Assembly (NCBI GenBank): GCA_963750165.1
Contig: CAVVPN010000003.1
Coordinates: forward strand, 3,328,001-3,392,000
Direction of reading: 5' to 3'
DNA: 64,000 nucleotides
DNA from: an uncultured Gemmataceae bacterium
Lineage (GTDB): Bacteria; Planctomycetota; Planctomycetia; Gemmatales; Gemmataceae
Shown: piece by piece, positions 9,165-20,001 of the stretch
How positions within the stretch are numbered: position 1 is the stretch's first letter
How the letters are laid out: each line of letters starts with the position of its first letter
Position numbers and translations under genes: made by a program
Notes under the pieces: generated by a model
Seen by the model: the letters and a program-made list of their open reading frames with translations, nothing else
Database searches by the model: none
Told to the model about the DNA's origin: nothing

Positions 9165-10196
9165 TTACGCGGCGTCCTCCTGCTGCCCGAGACTGAGGTG
9201 CTGCTTGATGGCGTGAACGTCCTTGCGAATCTCGGGCAGCTTTTCCAGCGTCATGAGAATGCGTTTCTGCTCGCGCTCCGGGGTGGCCGGCGAGCCGAGC
9301 ACGCGCAGGCCGTCGGGCACGTCCTTGGTGACGCCCGCCTGGCCGCCGACGACGGCGCCGGTGCCGATGTGGACGTGGCTGACGACGCCGACCTGACCGG
9401 CGAGCACGACGTAATCGCCCGTGCTGCACGAACCGGCCATGCCCACCTGGCTGACGAACAGATTGTGCCGGCCGACGCGGCAGTTGTGGCCGACCTGCAC
9501 CAGGTTGTCGATCTTGGTGCCGGTGCCGACGCGCGTCGCCTGAAAGGTGCCGCGGTCGATGGTCGTGCAGGCGCCGACCTCCACATCATCGCCGATCTCG
9601 ACGAAACCGAGTTGCGGCACCTTGACGTGGCGACCGTCCTGGAAGCGGTAGCCGAAGCCGTCCGCCCCGAGCACCGCGTTGCCGTGGACGATGACCCGGT
9701 GGCCGAGCACGGTATCGTCGTACAGGACGACGTTGGCGTACAGGAGCACATCATCGCCGAGGCGGCAGTTGCGGCCGACGACGACACCGGGGTAAATGCG
9801 GCAGCGGGCGCCGATGACGGTGCCCGCGCCGACGACGGCGAATGGGTAAATGCTGGCGTCGGGGCCGACGCGGGCGCTGGGGTGGACCTCGGCGCGCGCA
9901 TCGATGCCGTGCGGTTGCGCCTCGGCGTGGCCCTGCATGTGGCGGACGATGGCCACGAAGGCCATGAGCGGATCCTGCACGCGGATGAGGGTGCGGTCGG
10001 GGGCGGTGACGCCGGGCGGGGCCACGACGCAGCAGGCGCGGCAGTCGTCGAGGCGGCGGGCGTGGACTTCGTGGTCCAGGAAGGTGATGTCGCCGGCGCC
10101 GGCCTCGTCGAGGCAGCGGGCGGCACGGACGACCTGGGTGCCATCGCCGAGGACCTGTCCGTGTACGAGGTCGGCCAACTCGCGAACCGTAATCAC
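9165..10196 (-). CDS. lpxD: UDP-3-O-(3-hydroxyacyl)glucosamine N-acyltransferase
   Basis: Hexapeptide repeats, [13 protein letters not shown] and [11 protein letters not shown]. Confidence 0.97.
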   Translation of the reverse strand: MITVRELADLVHGQVLGDGTQVVRAARCLDEAGAGDITFLDHEVHARRLDDCRACCVVAPPGVTAPDRTLIRVQDPLMAFVAIVRHMQGHAEAQPHGIDARAEVHPSARVGPDASIYPFAVVGAGTVIGARCRIYPGVVVGRNCRLGDDVLLYANVVLYDDTVLGHRVIVHGNAVLGADGFGYRFQDGRHVKVPQLGFVEIGDDVEVGACTTIDRGTFQATRVGTGTKIDNLVQVGHNCRVGRHNLFVSQVGMAGSCSTGDYVVLAGQVGVVSHVHIGTGAVVGGQAGVTKDVPDGLRVLGSPATPEREQKRILMTLEKLPEIRKDVHAIKQHLSLGQQEDAA

Positions 10197-10314
10197 GTGA
10201 CTGTCCTTTCTTCCCTGAAAGACGGGCACCGCCCAGGCCGGCGCCGAAATCGGCCGCGATCATAGCCACCGACCCTGGATCGGGCAATGCGAGTTTGTCG
10301 CGCGCGGAACGGCG

Positions 10315-11069
10315 TCACCACGGCGTCATACCGCCGTTGACGCAGAGTGTCTGGCCGGTCACGAACGACGCCTCTTCGCTGGCGAAGTAGAGCACGGCGT
10401 TGGCCACATCCTGCGGCACCCCCCAGCGGCCCGCCGGGATCAGCCGCAAATACTCGTCCTTGGCCTCCTGCGGATCCTTTTCATGGCGCTCCACGGGGAT
10501 CCAGCCCGGCGCCACCATGTTCACGGTGATGCCGAACGGCGCCAGCTCGCGCGCCATGCTCCGCGACCAGCCCGTCTGCCCGCCCTTGGCCGCCACGTAT
10601 GCCGAGAACGGCGCCACACTGCGGTGGAACACTTCACTGGTGATATTAATGATGCGGCCCCAGCGTCGCTGCTTCATCGCCGCCAGGCTGCGGCGTGTCA
10701 GCAGGTAGGGGCTCTTGACGAAGAAATCCGTCATCGCCTGATAAAACGCCCAGTCGTACTCCTCGATGGGCCGGAGCGGTTGTTCGCAGGTGGCGTTGGG
10801 CACCAGGATGTCCACGGGTCCGAGTTTCTGCTCGGCCTCGGTGAACAGCAGGTCCACGCCCGCCTCGGTGGTGGCGTCGCTGCGGACCAGGATAGCGCCC
10901 ACGCCGGCCGCCTGGAACTCGGCGAAGGTGTGCTCGGCGCGGGCCTGGTTGTTGCAGTAGTTCAGCGCCACGCGCGCCCGGCCTTGCCGAGCGTCAGGGC
11001 GATGACCTTGCCCAGACCGGTGCTGCTGCCGGTGACGACGGCGACGTGGTTTTTCAGCGAAAACGGCAT
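10315..11069 (-). CDS. SDR family oxidoreductase (FabG-like), apparent frameshift near 10978
   Basis: VTGSSTGLG in ORF 10962..11288; YVAAKGG, NMVAPG and VTGQTLCVNGG in ORF 10315..11109. Confidence 0.9.
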
Positions 11070-11110
11070 ACGCACTCCTCGTGGGGGTCTCCTGGTCCGA
11101 GCCGCGCATT

Positions 11111-11171
11111 CCGCCTGAAGAGAGCGTCCAGCTTTTCCAACACCTGAAAGCTGGACGCTCTCTTCAGGCGG
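11111..11171. repeat. REP-like palindrome
   Basis: CCGCCTGAAGAGAGCGTCCAGCTTT...AAAGCTGGACGCTCTCTTCAGGCGG. Confidence 0.8.
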
Positions 11172-11194
11172 TACTACGAACCAGGACCGGGGCG

Positions 11195-11758
11195 TCATTT
11201 CGCGTTGAGGGACACGATGATTATGCCGAAGATGATGCACCAACCGACCAGCCCGAGGGCGCCGAGCGCGGTGCCGACGATGCCGCAAATGCGGCCGGCG
11301 TTGGTGGAGCCTTCGCCGTCAGGGTCCATGCGGCCGGCGCGGATCTCGGTCAGGTCCGTGTTGCCCATCACCCAGGCGATCGGCCCCATGATGATCGAGG
11401 CCACCGTCCCGACGCCGTAACACCAGCCGAAGACCGCCGCGGCCACGATGCTGATGATGCCCAGCGTGAGCACGGCACTGCCGCGGTGCGGCATCAGGTC
11501 GCGGCGCGGTCCGGAGTCGCCGTAGCCGCCACGGTCGCGGTCCCAGTCCCGATCACGGTCGCGGCGGCTGTCGCGGTCGTCGGTCCAGCGGTCGTCGGAG
11601 TAGCGTCCGGGGGAGCCGGCGGGTGCGGTGGGCGCCGGGCCGCCGACCCGGGCGGTGAAGGTGGCGCCGCAGGTGGGGCACTGCACGTCCTGGCCGATCA
11701 GGCCCTCCGGCACCTGCAGTTTGCGCTTGCAACTGGGGCAGCTGATGATCTCTTGCAT
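11195..11758 (-). CDS. Zinc-ribbon + DUF4190-like membrane protein
   Basis: CPSC...CPTC, an R/D-rich linker, PHRGSAVLTLGI and AGRICGIVG. Confidence 0.85.
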   Translation of the reverse strand: MQEIISCPSCKRKLQVPEGLIGQDVQCPTCGATFTARVGGPAPTAPAGSPGRYSDDRWTDDRDSRRDRDRDWDRDRGGYGDSGPRRDLMPHRGSAVLTLGIISIVAAAVFGWCYGVGTVASIIMGPIAWVMGNTDLTEIRAGRMDPDGEGSTNAGRICGIVGTALGALGLVGWCIIFGIIIVSLNAK

Positions 11759-12142
11759 GCGTCCTCACTTGCCTCGCGTCCGGGGTTCACAGGTCGTCGA
11801 AGAGGACGCCGTTATTTCCGGAAGGGCTCGCCGGCAACCAGCCAGGAGAAGCCCCCCCTCTCCCTGATGTTCGTTGACCGAATGGTTTTGTTTGACCGGG
11901 GCCGAAAAGCCAACGAGTTATCCAGAGTGTATCCGTGGTTTTCACCGCTGAGAAGGGCCGGCCGCCGGTTTCTTGCCCGACTGCCGCCGCGGCGGCACCT
12001 TGTTTCGGCGCGCGGCGCGGTTAGAATAATCCTTCGTCCCTGACCAACCCGGGCGCCGGTCTCCACAGCACACGGACGTGTGTTCCGCCGCCCGGACGCG
12101 AAGCATTCCCAGACCTCGCCCTCTCTTCGACCCCCAGCGCGC

Positions 12143-15100
12143 ATGCACCGCGAAATCTCGCACACCGATTCGGCGTTCGCCCCGCAGCGCAACCTGGCGC
12201 TGTACCTGCTCACCGGCCTGCTCGGCCTGCTGATCGCCATCGACGGCTGGCCGCGGCTCGTCGAACTGTTCGGCTGGCGCGGCCTACCGACCTGGCCCAA
12301 TCAGATCGCCGGCTATCCCATCGCGCTGATCGCCGCGGTCATCGGCGGCGCTCGCATCCTGTTCACGTCGCTGGAGGGGCTGCTGGAAGGCCGCGTCGGC
12401 GCCGACCTGGCGCTGGCCATCGCCTGCATCGCCGCCCTGCTGCTCAACGACGAGAAGACCAACGAGGGCGCGTTGATCGCTGCGGAGATCGTCTTCATCG
12501 GCCTGTTCGGCGAGTGTCTGGAGGCGTTCACCTTCGACCGGACACAGCGGGCCATCCGCCGCATTCTGGAGGTGTGCCCGCGCCGCTGCTGGCTGCTGCG
12601 CGACGGTCAGGAGGTCCGCGTTCTGACTCAGGAACTGAAGGGCGGCGATGTGGTCGTGGTCAAGCCGGGGGCACGGGTGCCGGCCGATGGCGTGGTCCGC
12701 GACGGCCGTTCCGCCGTGGACGTGAGCGCCCTGACCGGCGAGAGCACGCCCGTGGACAAGGTGGCCGGCGACGAGGTGCTGGCCGGCTCGCTCAACCAGT
12801 TCGGGGCGCTGACCATCCGCTGCGACCGCGTCGGTGAGCAAACCGTCGTCGGCCGTGTGGTCGAGTTGACGGCGCGGGCGCTGAAGGACAAGGCCAGCAT
12901 TGAACGCACCGCCGACCGGCTGGCGCGCTACTTCCTGCCGGCGGTGCTGGGGCTGGCGCTGGTGACGTTCCTGGGGGCGCTGATCCTGGGCGGCGGCAAC
13001 CGCGACGAGGACTCGCTGCGCAACGCGGCCATGCCGGCGCTGGCGGTGCTGGTGGTGGCCTGCCCGTGCGCCCTGATCCTGGCGACGCCGGCCGCCATTA
13101 TTGCGGCGCTGGGCCGGCTGGCCGGTACGGGCGTGCTCATCAAGGGCGGTGCCGCGCTGGAGCGGCTGGCCGGCGTGACCGCGTTCGCCTTCGACAAGAC
13201 CGGCACGCTCACCGAAGGCAAGCTGACGCTCGGCGATGTCCACGGCCTGGCCGGCGTCAGTCCCGACGAACTGCTGCGCGTCGCCGCCGCCGCGGAGCAG
13301 CGCAGCGAACACCTGCTGGCCCGCCTCATCCTGCAGGAGGCCGCCGTCCGCAAGCTGGAGCCGGCGCCGCTGGAGGATTTTCAGGCTCACGCAGGCGCCG
13401 GCGTCACCGCCCACGTCGCCGGCCAGACGGTGGTTGTCGGCACACGACGGCTGCTGGAGGAGCAGGGGGTCGCGCTGCCGCCGGAAGCGCTGGCGCTGCT
13501 GGAGCAGCTGGACGCAAGCGGACAGACGGCCTTGCTCGTGGCCCGCGACGGCGTGGTGCTCGGCGCCATCGGCGCCCGTGACGAGGTGCGCGAGGACGCC
13601 GCCGTGGTCCTGGATGAGCTGCGGGCGCTGGGCATCAGTCAGATCGCGCTGCTGACCGGCGACCGGGCCGCCGTCGCCCGTGCCGTCGCTGCGAAGTTGA
13701 AGATCGACGACGTTCACGCGGAACTGCTGCCCCAGCAAAAGGCGGAACTGGTCGAAAAACTGGGGCAACGCGTGGCGATGGTCGGCGACGGCATCAACGA
13801 CGCCCCGGCGCTGGCCCGCGCTGACGTGGGCCTGGCCATCGGCGGCGGCACCGATGTGGCCGCGGAGGCGGGCGACCTGGTGCTCATGGGCGCCCCGCTG
13901 CGGCCGCTGCCGTTGCTGGTGCGGCTGTCGCGTGAGACGGTCAAGATCATCCGTCAGAACATTCTCTGGTTCGCGTTCGGCGTCAACGCGGTCGGCATTC
14001 TGTTGACGGCCTGGCTGTGGCCGCTGCTGCTGCCGAAGGACTGGCACAATCGGGCGCCCATCGCGGCGGTGCTGTACCATCAACTCGGCTCGCTGGCGGT
14101 GCTGCTGAATTCGATGCGGCTGCTGCGCTTCGAGCGCGGCGCCAGTCCGGGGCTGGAGCGCACCCGCGGCGTCTTCAAGCGCATCGACGCCTGGATGGAA
14201 ACGTATCTCAACGTAGACGACTTCTTCCACTGGGTCAGCCACGCCTGGCCGCGGTTGGCGGCGGTCGGCGTCGTGCTGCTGCTGGTCGGCTACGCCCTGA
14301 GCGGGTTGACGATGATCCAGCCCGACGAGCAGGGCATCCGTCGCCGCTTCGGCCGGCCGGTTGAGGATCTGGGGCCGGGGCTGTACTGGTGCTGGCCGTG
14401 GCCGGTCGAGGACGTGGTGCGTGAGCGCGTGGACCGCATTCGCACGGTCGAGATCGGCTTCCGCCTGGACCCGAAGAGCGGCCAGAAGGGAAGCACAGTA
14501 TTTTCCTGGTCGTCCTCGCACGGCGACGACGGCATCAAGCGCATCGCCGACGAGGCGGTGATGATTACCGGCGACGGCAACCTGGTGGAAGTGCAGGCGA
14601 GTGTGCGCTACCGCATTGTCGATCTGCACACGACGGCCTTCCAGGTCAACGAGGTGGACGAGATCGTGCGGGCCGCGGCGGAGGCGGTGCTGCGCGGCAT
14701 GGTGGCGGGCCGACCGTTCGCCGAACTGCTGACGCAGCAGCGCGGGGCGTTTCAGCGGGACGTGCTGGCGCGGCTGAAGGAGCGCTGCCGGGAGTACAAG
14801 CTCGGCATCGAACTGGACGGCTTTTCGCTGCACGATTTGCACCCGCCGCAGGAGGTGGTGCTGTCGTACTACGAGGTGACGCGGGCGATGGAGACGCGCG
14901 ACCGGCTCATCAACGAGGCCCAGGCGGACGCGCTGCGCAGCGTTCGCACCGCGGAGGCGCAAAAGACGAAGCTGGTGTTGATGGCCCAGGCGGAGCGCAA
15001 CGAGGCCATCCGCCAGGCGGAGGCGAACTACGCCACGTTCGCGCAGCGCAGCCAGGCCCGCAAGCGGCTGGGCTTCGACTACGAATGGGCCGAGTTCCTG

Positions 15101-15373
15101 GGTGCGGTCGATGGGCTGCTCGACGGCACCGACCCGGCCGCGGTGTGCGACCGCTACTGTGCCCGGCGCGCGCAGGCGCTGCAAACCCACGCGGCGCTGA
15201 TGGACTTCCGGCTGTACTGGGAGACGCTGAGCCGGTCGCTGACGGGCCGTGACCTGGTGCTGATCGACGCGGCAAAAATCACGGGCCGGCGGCAGCTGAT
15301 GTTCCTGGACCCGGAGCAATGGCGCATCCCGGTGCCGATCCTGATCCAGCCGGATCGCGAGACGTCGAGGTAG
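12143..15373 (+). CDS. P1B-type cation-transporting ATPase fused to a C-terminal HflK-like SPFH domain
   Basis: TGES, ACPCAL, DKTGT, TGD and [10 protein letters not shown] motifs, then an extra TM helix and an SPFH domain (RRRFGR...[10 protein letters not shown]...[19 protein letters not shown]...HPPQEV). Confidence 0.93.
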   Translation: MHREISHTDSAFAPQRNLALYLLTGLLGLLIAIDGWPRLVELFGWRGLPTWPNQIAGYPIALIAAVIGGARILFTSLEGLLEGRVGADLALAIACIAALLLNDEKTNEGALIAAEIVFIGLFGECLEAFTFDRTQRAIRRILEVCPRRCWLLRDGQEVRVLTQELKGGDVVVVKPGARVPADGVVRDGRSAVDVSALTGESTPVDKVAGDEVLAGSLNQFGALTIRCDRVGEQTVVGRVVELTARALKDKASIERTADRLARYFLPAVLGLALVTFLGALILGGGNRDEDSLRNAAMPALAVLVVACPCALILATPAAIIAALGRLAGTGVLIKGGAALERLAGVTAFAFDKTGTLTEGKLTLGDVHGLAGVSPDELLRVAAAAEQRSEHLLARLILQEAAVRKLEPAPLEDFQAHAGAGVTAHVAGQTVVVGTRRLLEEQGVALPPEALALLEQLDASGQTALLVARDGVVLGAIGARDEVREDAAVVLDELRALGISQIALLTGDRAAVARAVAAKLKIDDVHAELLPQQKAELVEKLGQRVAMVGDGINDAPALARADVGLAIGGGTDVAAEAGDLVLMGAPLRPLPLLVRLSRETVKIIRQNILWFAFGVNAVGILLTAWLWPLLLPKDWHNRAPIAAVLYHQLGSLAVLLNSMRLLRFERGASPGLERTRGVFKRIDAWMETYLNVDDFFHWVSHAWPRLAAVGVVLLLVGYALSGLTMIQPDEQGIRRRFGRPVEDLGPGLYWCWPWPVEDVVRERVDRIRTVEIGFRLDPKSGQKGSTVFSWSSSHGDDGIKRIADEAVMITGDGNLVEVQASVRYRIVDLHTTAFQVNEVDEIVRAAAEAVLRGMVAGRPFAELLTQQRGAFQRDVLARLKERCREYKLGIELDGFSLHDLHPPQEVVLSYYEVTRAMETRDRLINEAQADALRSVRTAEAQKTKLVLMAQAERNEAIRQAEANYATFAQRSQARKRLGFDYEWAEFLGAVDGLLDGTDPAAVCDRYCARRAQALQTHAALMDFRLYWETLSRSLTGRDLVLIDAAKITGRRQLMFLDPEQWRIPVPILIQPDRETSR

Positions 15374-15381
15374 AAATAATA

Positions 15382-15494
15382 TCACCACAAAGACACAAAG
15401 AGCACAAAGGAAAAGGCAAGGATAAAGAAATTGATTTAATCAATCCATTTTTTGCTTTGATTTCTCCTTTGTGCTCTTTGTGTCTTTGTGGTGA
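15382..15494. repeat. Intergenic hairpin with 9-nt periodic arms (CACAAAGA[C/G])
   Basis: TCACCACAAAGACACAAAGAGCACAAAG...CTTTGTGCTCTTTGTGTCTTTGTGGTGA. Confidence 0.85.
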
Positions 15495-15522
15495 ATTCCT
15501 CTTCTCCTGTGAGGGTTCACCG

Positions 15523-16536
15523 ATGCGGATTTTCTGGTGCCTGCTCGCCGTGGTGCTGGGGCTGGTGGTGCTGTCGCAGTGCTACTTCACGGTCGATCCG
15601 ACCGAGTTCGTTTACGTGACGCAGTTCGGCGCCCCGGTGGCGGTCTACGACGGCGGCGCCCGCGACAGCGACGCCGGCCTGCACTGGCGCTGGCCGTGGC
15701 CGGTGCAGTCGGTGCAGCGCCTCGACCGCCGCCTGCAATACTTCGACCTGCCCGCCGCGGAACTGCTCACCAAGGACGCCGCCGGCGCCATCGACAAGAC
15801 GCTGACCGTCAAGGCGTACGTCTGCTGGCGCATCGTCGGCAAGGACACCGACGAGAACGGCGTCGATCGCTTCATCCGCCGCATGGGCAACGCCAAACAG
15901 GCCGAGGCGACGCTCGGCAAACGCCTCAACGGCGAACTCGGCGCCGTCATCGGCCAGATGCGCATGGACGACCTCATCAGCACCGACAGCGCCCGCGTGG
16001 AAACCAACCTGAAAGACCTGCGCGACCGCCTGCTCGGCAGTCTCCAGTCGCCGGCCCAGACCGAGTATGGCATCGAACTGGTCGATATTCGGCTGCGGCG
16101 CTTCAACCATCCGGCCCAGGTGCGCGAGGCGATCTTCGAGCGCATCCGCAGCGACCGCAACAAGCGCGTCGAGGAGTACCGCACGGAGGGCAAGCGCCTG
16201 GCCGACAACATTCGCAGCAACGCCAAGAAGAAGGTCGATGACCTGCTCGCCCAGGCGAAGTCCGAGGCCCGCATCCTCAAGGGCGAGGCGGAGGTCGAGG
16301 CCGACCGGCTGCGCAACCTGGCCAACCTGCAGGATCCCGAGTTTTACGTCTTCCTGAAGAAGCTGGAGAAGATGCAGAGCATCCTCGGCGAGAACAAGAC
16401 CCTGCTGCTGCTCTCGACGCACCGGCCCATCTTCGACCTGCTGTTCGCGCCGCCGCGGCCCGGGTTGAACGGCCCCGTCATGCCGCAGCAGCCGCCCGCT
16501 CCGCCGGCGCAGCCGAAGAAGGAGGGCGGCGCATGA
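15523..16536 (+). CDS. hflC: HflC-like SPFH protein
   Basis: N-terminal TM, YVTQFGAP, DRRLQYFD, ELLTKD, IFERIRSDR and DPEFYVFLKKLE. Confidence 0.85.
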   Translation: MRIFWCLLAVVLGLVVLSQCYFTVDPTEFVYVTQFGAPVAVYDGGARDSDAGLHWRWPWPVQSVQRLDRRLQYFDLPAAELLTKDAAGAIDKTLTVKAYVCWRIVGKDTDENGVDRFIRRMGNAKQAEATLGKRLNGELGAVIGQMRMDDLISTDSARVETNLKDLRDRLLGSLQSPAQTEYGIELVDIRLRRFNHPAQVREAIFERIRSDRNKRVEEYRTEGKRLADNIRSNAKKKVDDLLAQAKSEARILKGEAEVEADRLRNLANLQDPEFYVFLKKLEKMQSILGENKTLLLLSTHRPIFDLLFAPPRPGLNGPVMPQQPPAPPAQPKKEGGA

Positions 16537-17579
16537 AATACGTGCTGTATGGGCTGCTGGCGTTATTGCTGCTGTCGCTGCTGACGGGCGTGACGCAGGT
16601 GCAACCGGGCGAGCGCACGGTCATCTGGCGCTGCGGCCGGCTGCTGGACGAGAAGCCGGGGCCGGGCCTGTACGTCGGCCTGCCGTGGGGCCTTGACCGT
16701 GTGGAGCGCGTGCCCATCGAACTGGTGCGGCGCGTGACGGTTGGCTACGAGCCGCGGCTGACGGACGAGGACGGCGTGACGATGCCCACCGGCCAGATGC
16801 TGACCGGCGATCACAACCTGGTGAACGTGCAGGTGGTGCTCGACTACAACGTCATTGAGGCGGAGGTGGAGCAGTTCGTGGTGCAGCAGGACGGCGTGGA
16901 CGCCCTGGTCAACCGGGCGGCGGAGACGGCCCTGGCGGAGTGGGTCGCCGGCCGCACCGTCGATGAGGTGCTGCTGCACGGCAAGCGAACGCTGCCGCCC
17001 TGGCTGGTGCAGCAGACGCAGCAGCGCATCGGCCCCTATCGGCTGGGCATCCGCATCCAGGGCGCTTACGTGACGCACCTGTATCCGCCGGCGGACGTGA
17101 AGCCGTACTTCGACGAGGTGACGCGAGCGCAGACGGAGATGCAGACGGACATCGTCAAGGCAGAGCAGGCCGCGAGCAGCCTCTGGCGCACGGCCGAGGC
17201 GGAGAAGTACGACATTGACATTCAGGTGACCTCGTACCGGCGCGAGCAGCAGCTGCTGGCGGCGGCGGATGTCGAGACGTTCGAGAAGCGGCTGGCCGCG
17301 TACCGCACGTTTCAGCGGAGCGACCCGGCGCTGGCCTGGTGCGCGGGCGGCGTCGCCGGGCTGGCGGCGCCCGGCGGCGGCGGACCGCTGGCCGGCGCCG
17401 CGGCGCTGGCGCACGGCGGCGGCGCCGGCAGCCGGTATCTCAACGCGCTGTGGTGGGACGAGATGAGCCGGCTGTACGGTCGGCTGCGGACCACCGGCCG
17501 CATTGATTTGCTGGACAATTACCTGAGCGGCGCGGGCCTGACGATCACGCAGGTGCCGACGCTGCCGAAGCGCAAGTGA
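16533..17579 (+). CDS. hflK: HflK-like SPFH protein
   Basis: PGLYVGLPWG, MLTGDHNLVNVQ and YPPADVKPYFDEV; ATGA overlap with hflC. Confidence 0.8.
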   Translation: MKYVLYGLLALLLLSLLTGVTQVQPGERTVIWRCGRLLDEKPGPGLYVGLPWGLDRVERVPIELVRRVTVGYEPRLTDEDGVTMPTGQMLTGDHNLVNVQVVLDYNVIEAEVEQFVVQQDGVDALVNRAAETALAEWVAGRTVDEVLLHGKRTLPPWLVQQTQQRIGPYRLGIRIQGAYVTHLYPPADVKPYFDEVTRAQTEMQTDIVKAEQAASSLWRTAEAEKYDIDIQVTSYRREQQLLAAADVETFEKRLAAYRTFQRSDPALAWCAGGVAGLAAPGGGGPLAGAAALAHGGGAGSRYLNALWWDEMSRLYGRLRTTGRIDLLDNYLSGAGLTITQVPTLPKRK

Positions 17580-17609
17580 GTCGCCCGTCTCCCAACTGAA
17601 GGAGGTCGT

Positions 17610-18047
17610 ATGCGGAAGGTATCGGCCTGTATGGTGGCGGTCTGTCTGGTGGCGCTGGCCGCGGTCGCCTGGGGCAGCCCCCAGGACGCATCGAAGATCG
17701 ACGGGACGTGGACGGTCGTCGGGGGCTCCTCCGACGGCCAAAAAATCCCCGAGCAAAGCCTCAAGGAAACCCCGGTCACGATGGAACTCAAGAACGGCAA
17801 ATACACCCTCTTCGTGGCGGGGAAAAAGTTGGAGGCGGGAACGTATCGCCTCGACATCAACAAGAAGCCGGCCACCATTGACCTGAGCCTCACCGCGGGC
17901 GCCGACAAGGGCAAGACCCTGCTTGGCATTTTCAAGCTGGCAAGCGGCCAGCTGACCATCGCCATGAGCAAGGCCGGCGTCAAGCTGCGGCCCAAAAACT
18001 TCGAGCCCGCCGACGGGATCGACACGTTGGAACTGAAGCGGAAGTGA
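17610..18047 (+). CDS. TIGR03067 domain-containing secreted protein
   Basis: Signal peptide, IDGTWTVV, GTYRLD..KKPATIDL and GIFKL. Confidence 0.85.
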   Translation: MRKVSACMVAVCLVALAAVAWGSPQDASKIDGTWTVVGGSSDGQKIPEQSLKETPVTMELKNGKYTLFVAGKKLEAGTYRLDINKKPATIDLSLTAGADKGKTLLGIFKLASGQLTIAMSKAGVKLRPKNFEPADGIDTLELKRK

Positions 18048-18101
18048 GTGATTGTTGTTGATGCGTTTCCGTTTCGCGCAGCCTTCTTGCCCTGTCTCCC
18101 G

Positions 18102-18497
18102 TCACTGAGCCGTTGCCACGGGCGTCGGGTACAGGTAGATCTCCTCCGCGAAAATATCGCCGATGCGTTGGCCGGGAAACCGCGTGGGCGTCCGAACGGG
18201 GTAACGCCGCAGCAGCGCCAGGGCGTCCTGCGCCAGCGGGTCGTCTGCCCCGATCAATTTCACCCGCATGAGGTCGAACCACGGATCCCGGAGTTCATCG
18301 GCGATCCTCCCGACTTCTTCGTACCCCACGTCGAAATTGTCGTCCGTGATCTGGTCCGACGCGACGTAGAGCCAGGGTTGGCTCGCTTCCTCATCCTTGA
18401 GCCAGAAAGCGACCTGGACGGGGGCGTACTTGTTAAACTCACGAAGAAACCTGGCGCCGGCGTCGATCTGCGGTTCTACCAATGTGACCTGACCCAT
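18102..18497 (-). CDS. Hypothetical protein, partner of the upstream HEPN-like gene (putative antitoxin)
   Basis: Overlaps the stop of the HEPN-like gene; AFWL...WLYVAS...Y pattern. Confidence 0.7.
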   Translation of the reverse strand: MGQVTLVEPQIDAGARFLREFNKYAPVQVAFWLKDEEASQPWLYVASDQITDDNFDVGYEEVGRIADELRDPWFDLMRVKLIGADDPLAQDALALLRRYPVRTPTRFPGQRIGDIFAEEIYLYPTPVATAQ

Positions 18498-18614
18498 TGC
18501 ATCACCCCGTTTGGTTGGTTCGTGATTGTGTTATAGAGTTTCTTGGCTCGTTGATGCGTCGTGGTACGGTAACGGGACTGTTCACTCCAGTCCTTGACAA
18601 CCTGCCAGTGCTTA

Positions 18615-20001
18615 GGCAACGTTTCAAAATTAATCCGCAGTTCCCTTCTACAATAACCCTGGCCCAACCGGGGGCCTGGTTTGGAAGGGAGGCAGAGCCG
18701 TGGACATCCACCAATGCCAATGCCCTCACTGCCGACAAGGTGCGGACCACCCCGAACGCGCCCTCCATTACCGGCTCAACCTTCTCCTGAGCCGGTTGGA
18801 TGAGCACCAACGCCGGTGGTTGGCAGCCTGGGAGTCCCAGAAGGTCGGCCGCGGCGGCGACCGCCTACTGTCCCTCATCACCGGCCTGAACGTGGAAACC
18901 ATCCGGCGCGGTCGCCGGGAACTCGAGGACTCCCTGCGGGACTGCCCCCCGGATCGCATCCGCCGGCCCGGGGCAGGACGGCCCGCTGTGAAAAAAAAGT
19001 GCCGGGCCTCATGAACGCTTTGAGGCAGCTGGTTGAGGAGCAGACCGCCGGCAGCCCGCAAACCTGTCAGAAGTGGGTGCGCCACAGCGTCGCCTACCTG
19101 AGCACGCGGTTGCAAGGCCAAGGCTTCGCCGTCAGCCCCGCCACGGTCTATCGCCTGTTGGACGACCTGGGCTATTCGCTCAAGGCCAACCGCAAGCGCT
19201 TCACCGGCCCGCCTCACCCAGACCGGGACCGGCAGTTCGCGTACATCGCCGGGCAGCGGCGCCGCTTCGCCATCCTCGGCCAGCCGGTGATCAGCGTGGA
19301 CAGCAAGAAAAAGGAGTTGATCGGCAACTTCAAGAATGCAGGGCGGCAGTGGTGCCGGCGCGCGACGGAGGTCAACGCCCACGACTTCCTGGACGACGCC
19401 TTGGGCCGGGCCGTCCCCTACGGGGTCTACGACGTGCGCCAGGACCGCGGCCATGTCTACGTGGGGTTGTCCGCCGACACCGCGGCGTTCGCGGGGGACG
19501 TGATCGGCCGGTGGTGGCGCGGCGAGGGACGGCTGTGGTACCCGCAGGCCGACGAGTTGCTGATCCTGTGCGACGCGGGCGGGAGCAACAGTTGCCGCGT
19601 GCGGTTGTGGAAACAGCGCCTCCAGGAGGAGTTGGCCGACCGCTGGGGGCTGTGGGTGACGGTGTGCCATTACCCGCGGGGGGCGTCGAAGTGGAACCCG
19701 GTGGAGCACCGGCTGTTCAGCCGCATCAGCGTCAACTGGGCGGGGGAGCCGCTGCGAACCGTGGAGACGCTGTTGGCCTGCATCCGGGGCACGGAGACGG
19801 ACGCCGGTTGGGCGGTACGTGCGACGTTGCTGGACGCGGAGTACGCGAAGGGGGTCAAGGTGCCGGACGCAGAAATGCAGACGTGGCGCCTCCAAAGGCA
19901 TGCCGTCTGCCCCAGTTGGAATTACACCATCAAGCCACGTTGGACAATATTCTAACATCAGCACCCAGGTGTAAGCTGCGGACTAATTTTGAACGGCTGC
20001 C
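18615..20001 (+). mobile_element. ISAzo13-family insertion sequence (1387 bp)
   Basis: TIRs GGCAACGTTTCAAAATTAATCCGCAG / GGCAGCCGTTCAAAATTAGTCCGCAG (22/26 identical); TTA duplication at 18612-18614 and 20002-20004. Confidence 0.95.
18700..19955 (+). CDS. ISAzo13-family (Rhodopirellula-type) DDE transposase, -1 frameshift at A8G (18991-18999)
   Basis: ORF A has LDEHQRR...RIRRPGAGRP. ORF B has HPDRDRQF, ISVDSKKKELIGNFKN, CDAGGSN and SKWNPVEHRLF. Confidence 0.93.

Noticed and set aside
11759..12142. Riboswitch or ncRNA in the long intergenic region before the ATPase
   Set aside because: No recognisable conserved aptamer motif by eye; an Rfam/Infernal scan would be needed.
12284..15388. 1034-aa antisense ORF and similar long shadow ORFs (43189..45342, 23210..25240, 50191..51915, 46719..48260)
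   Set aside because: They mirror well-supported genes on the opposite strand, as expected from GC3 bias in high-GC DNA, and contain no motifs.
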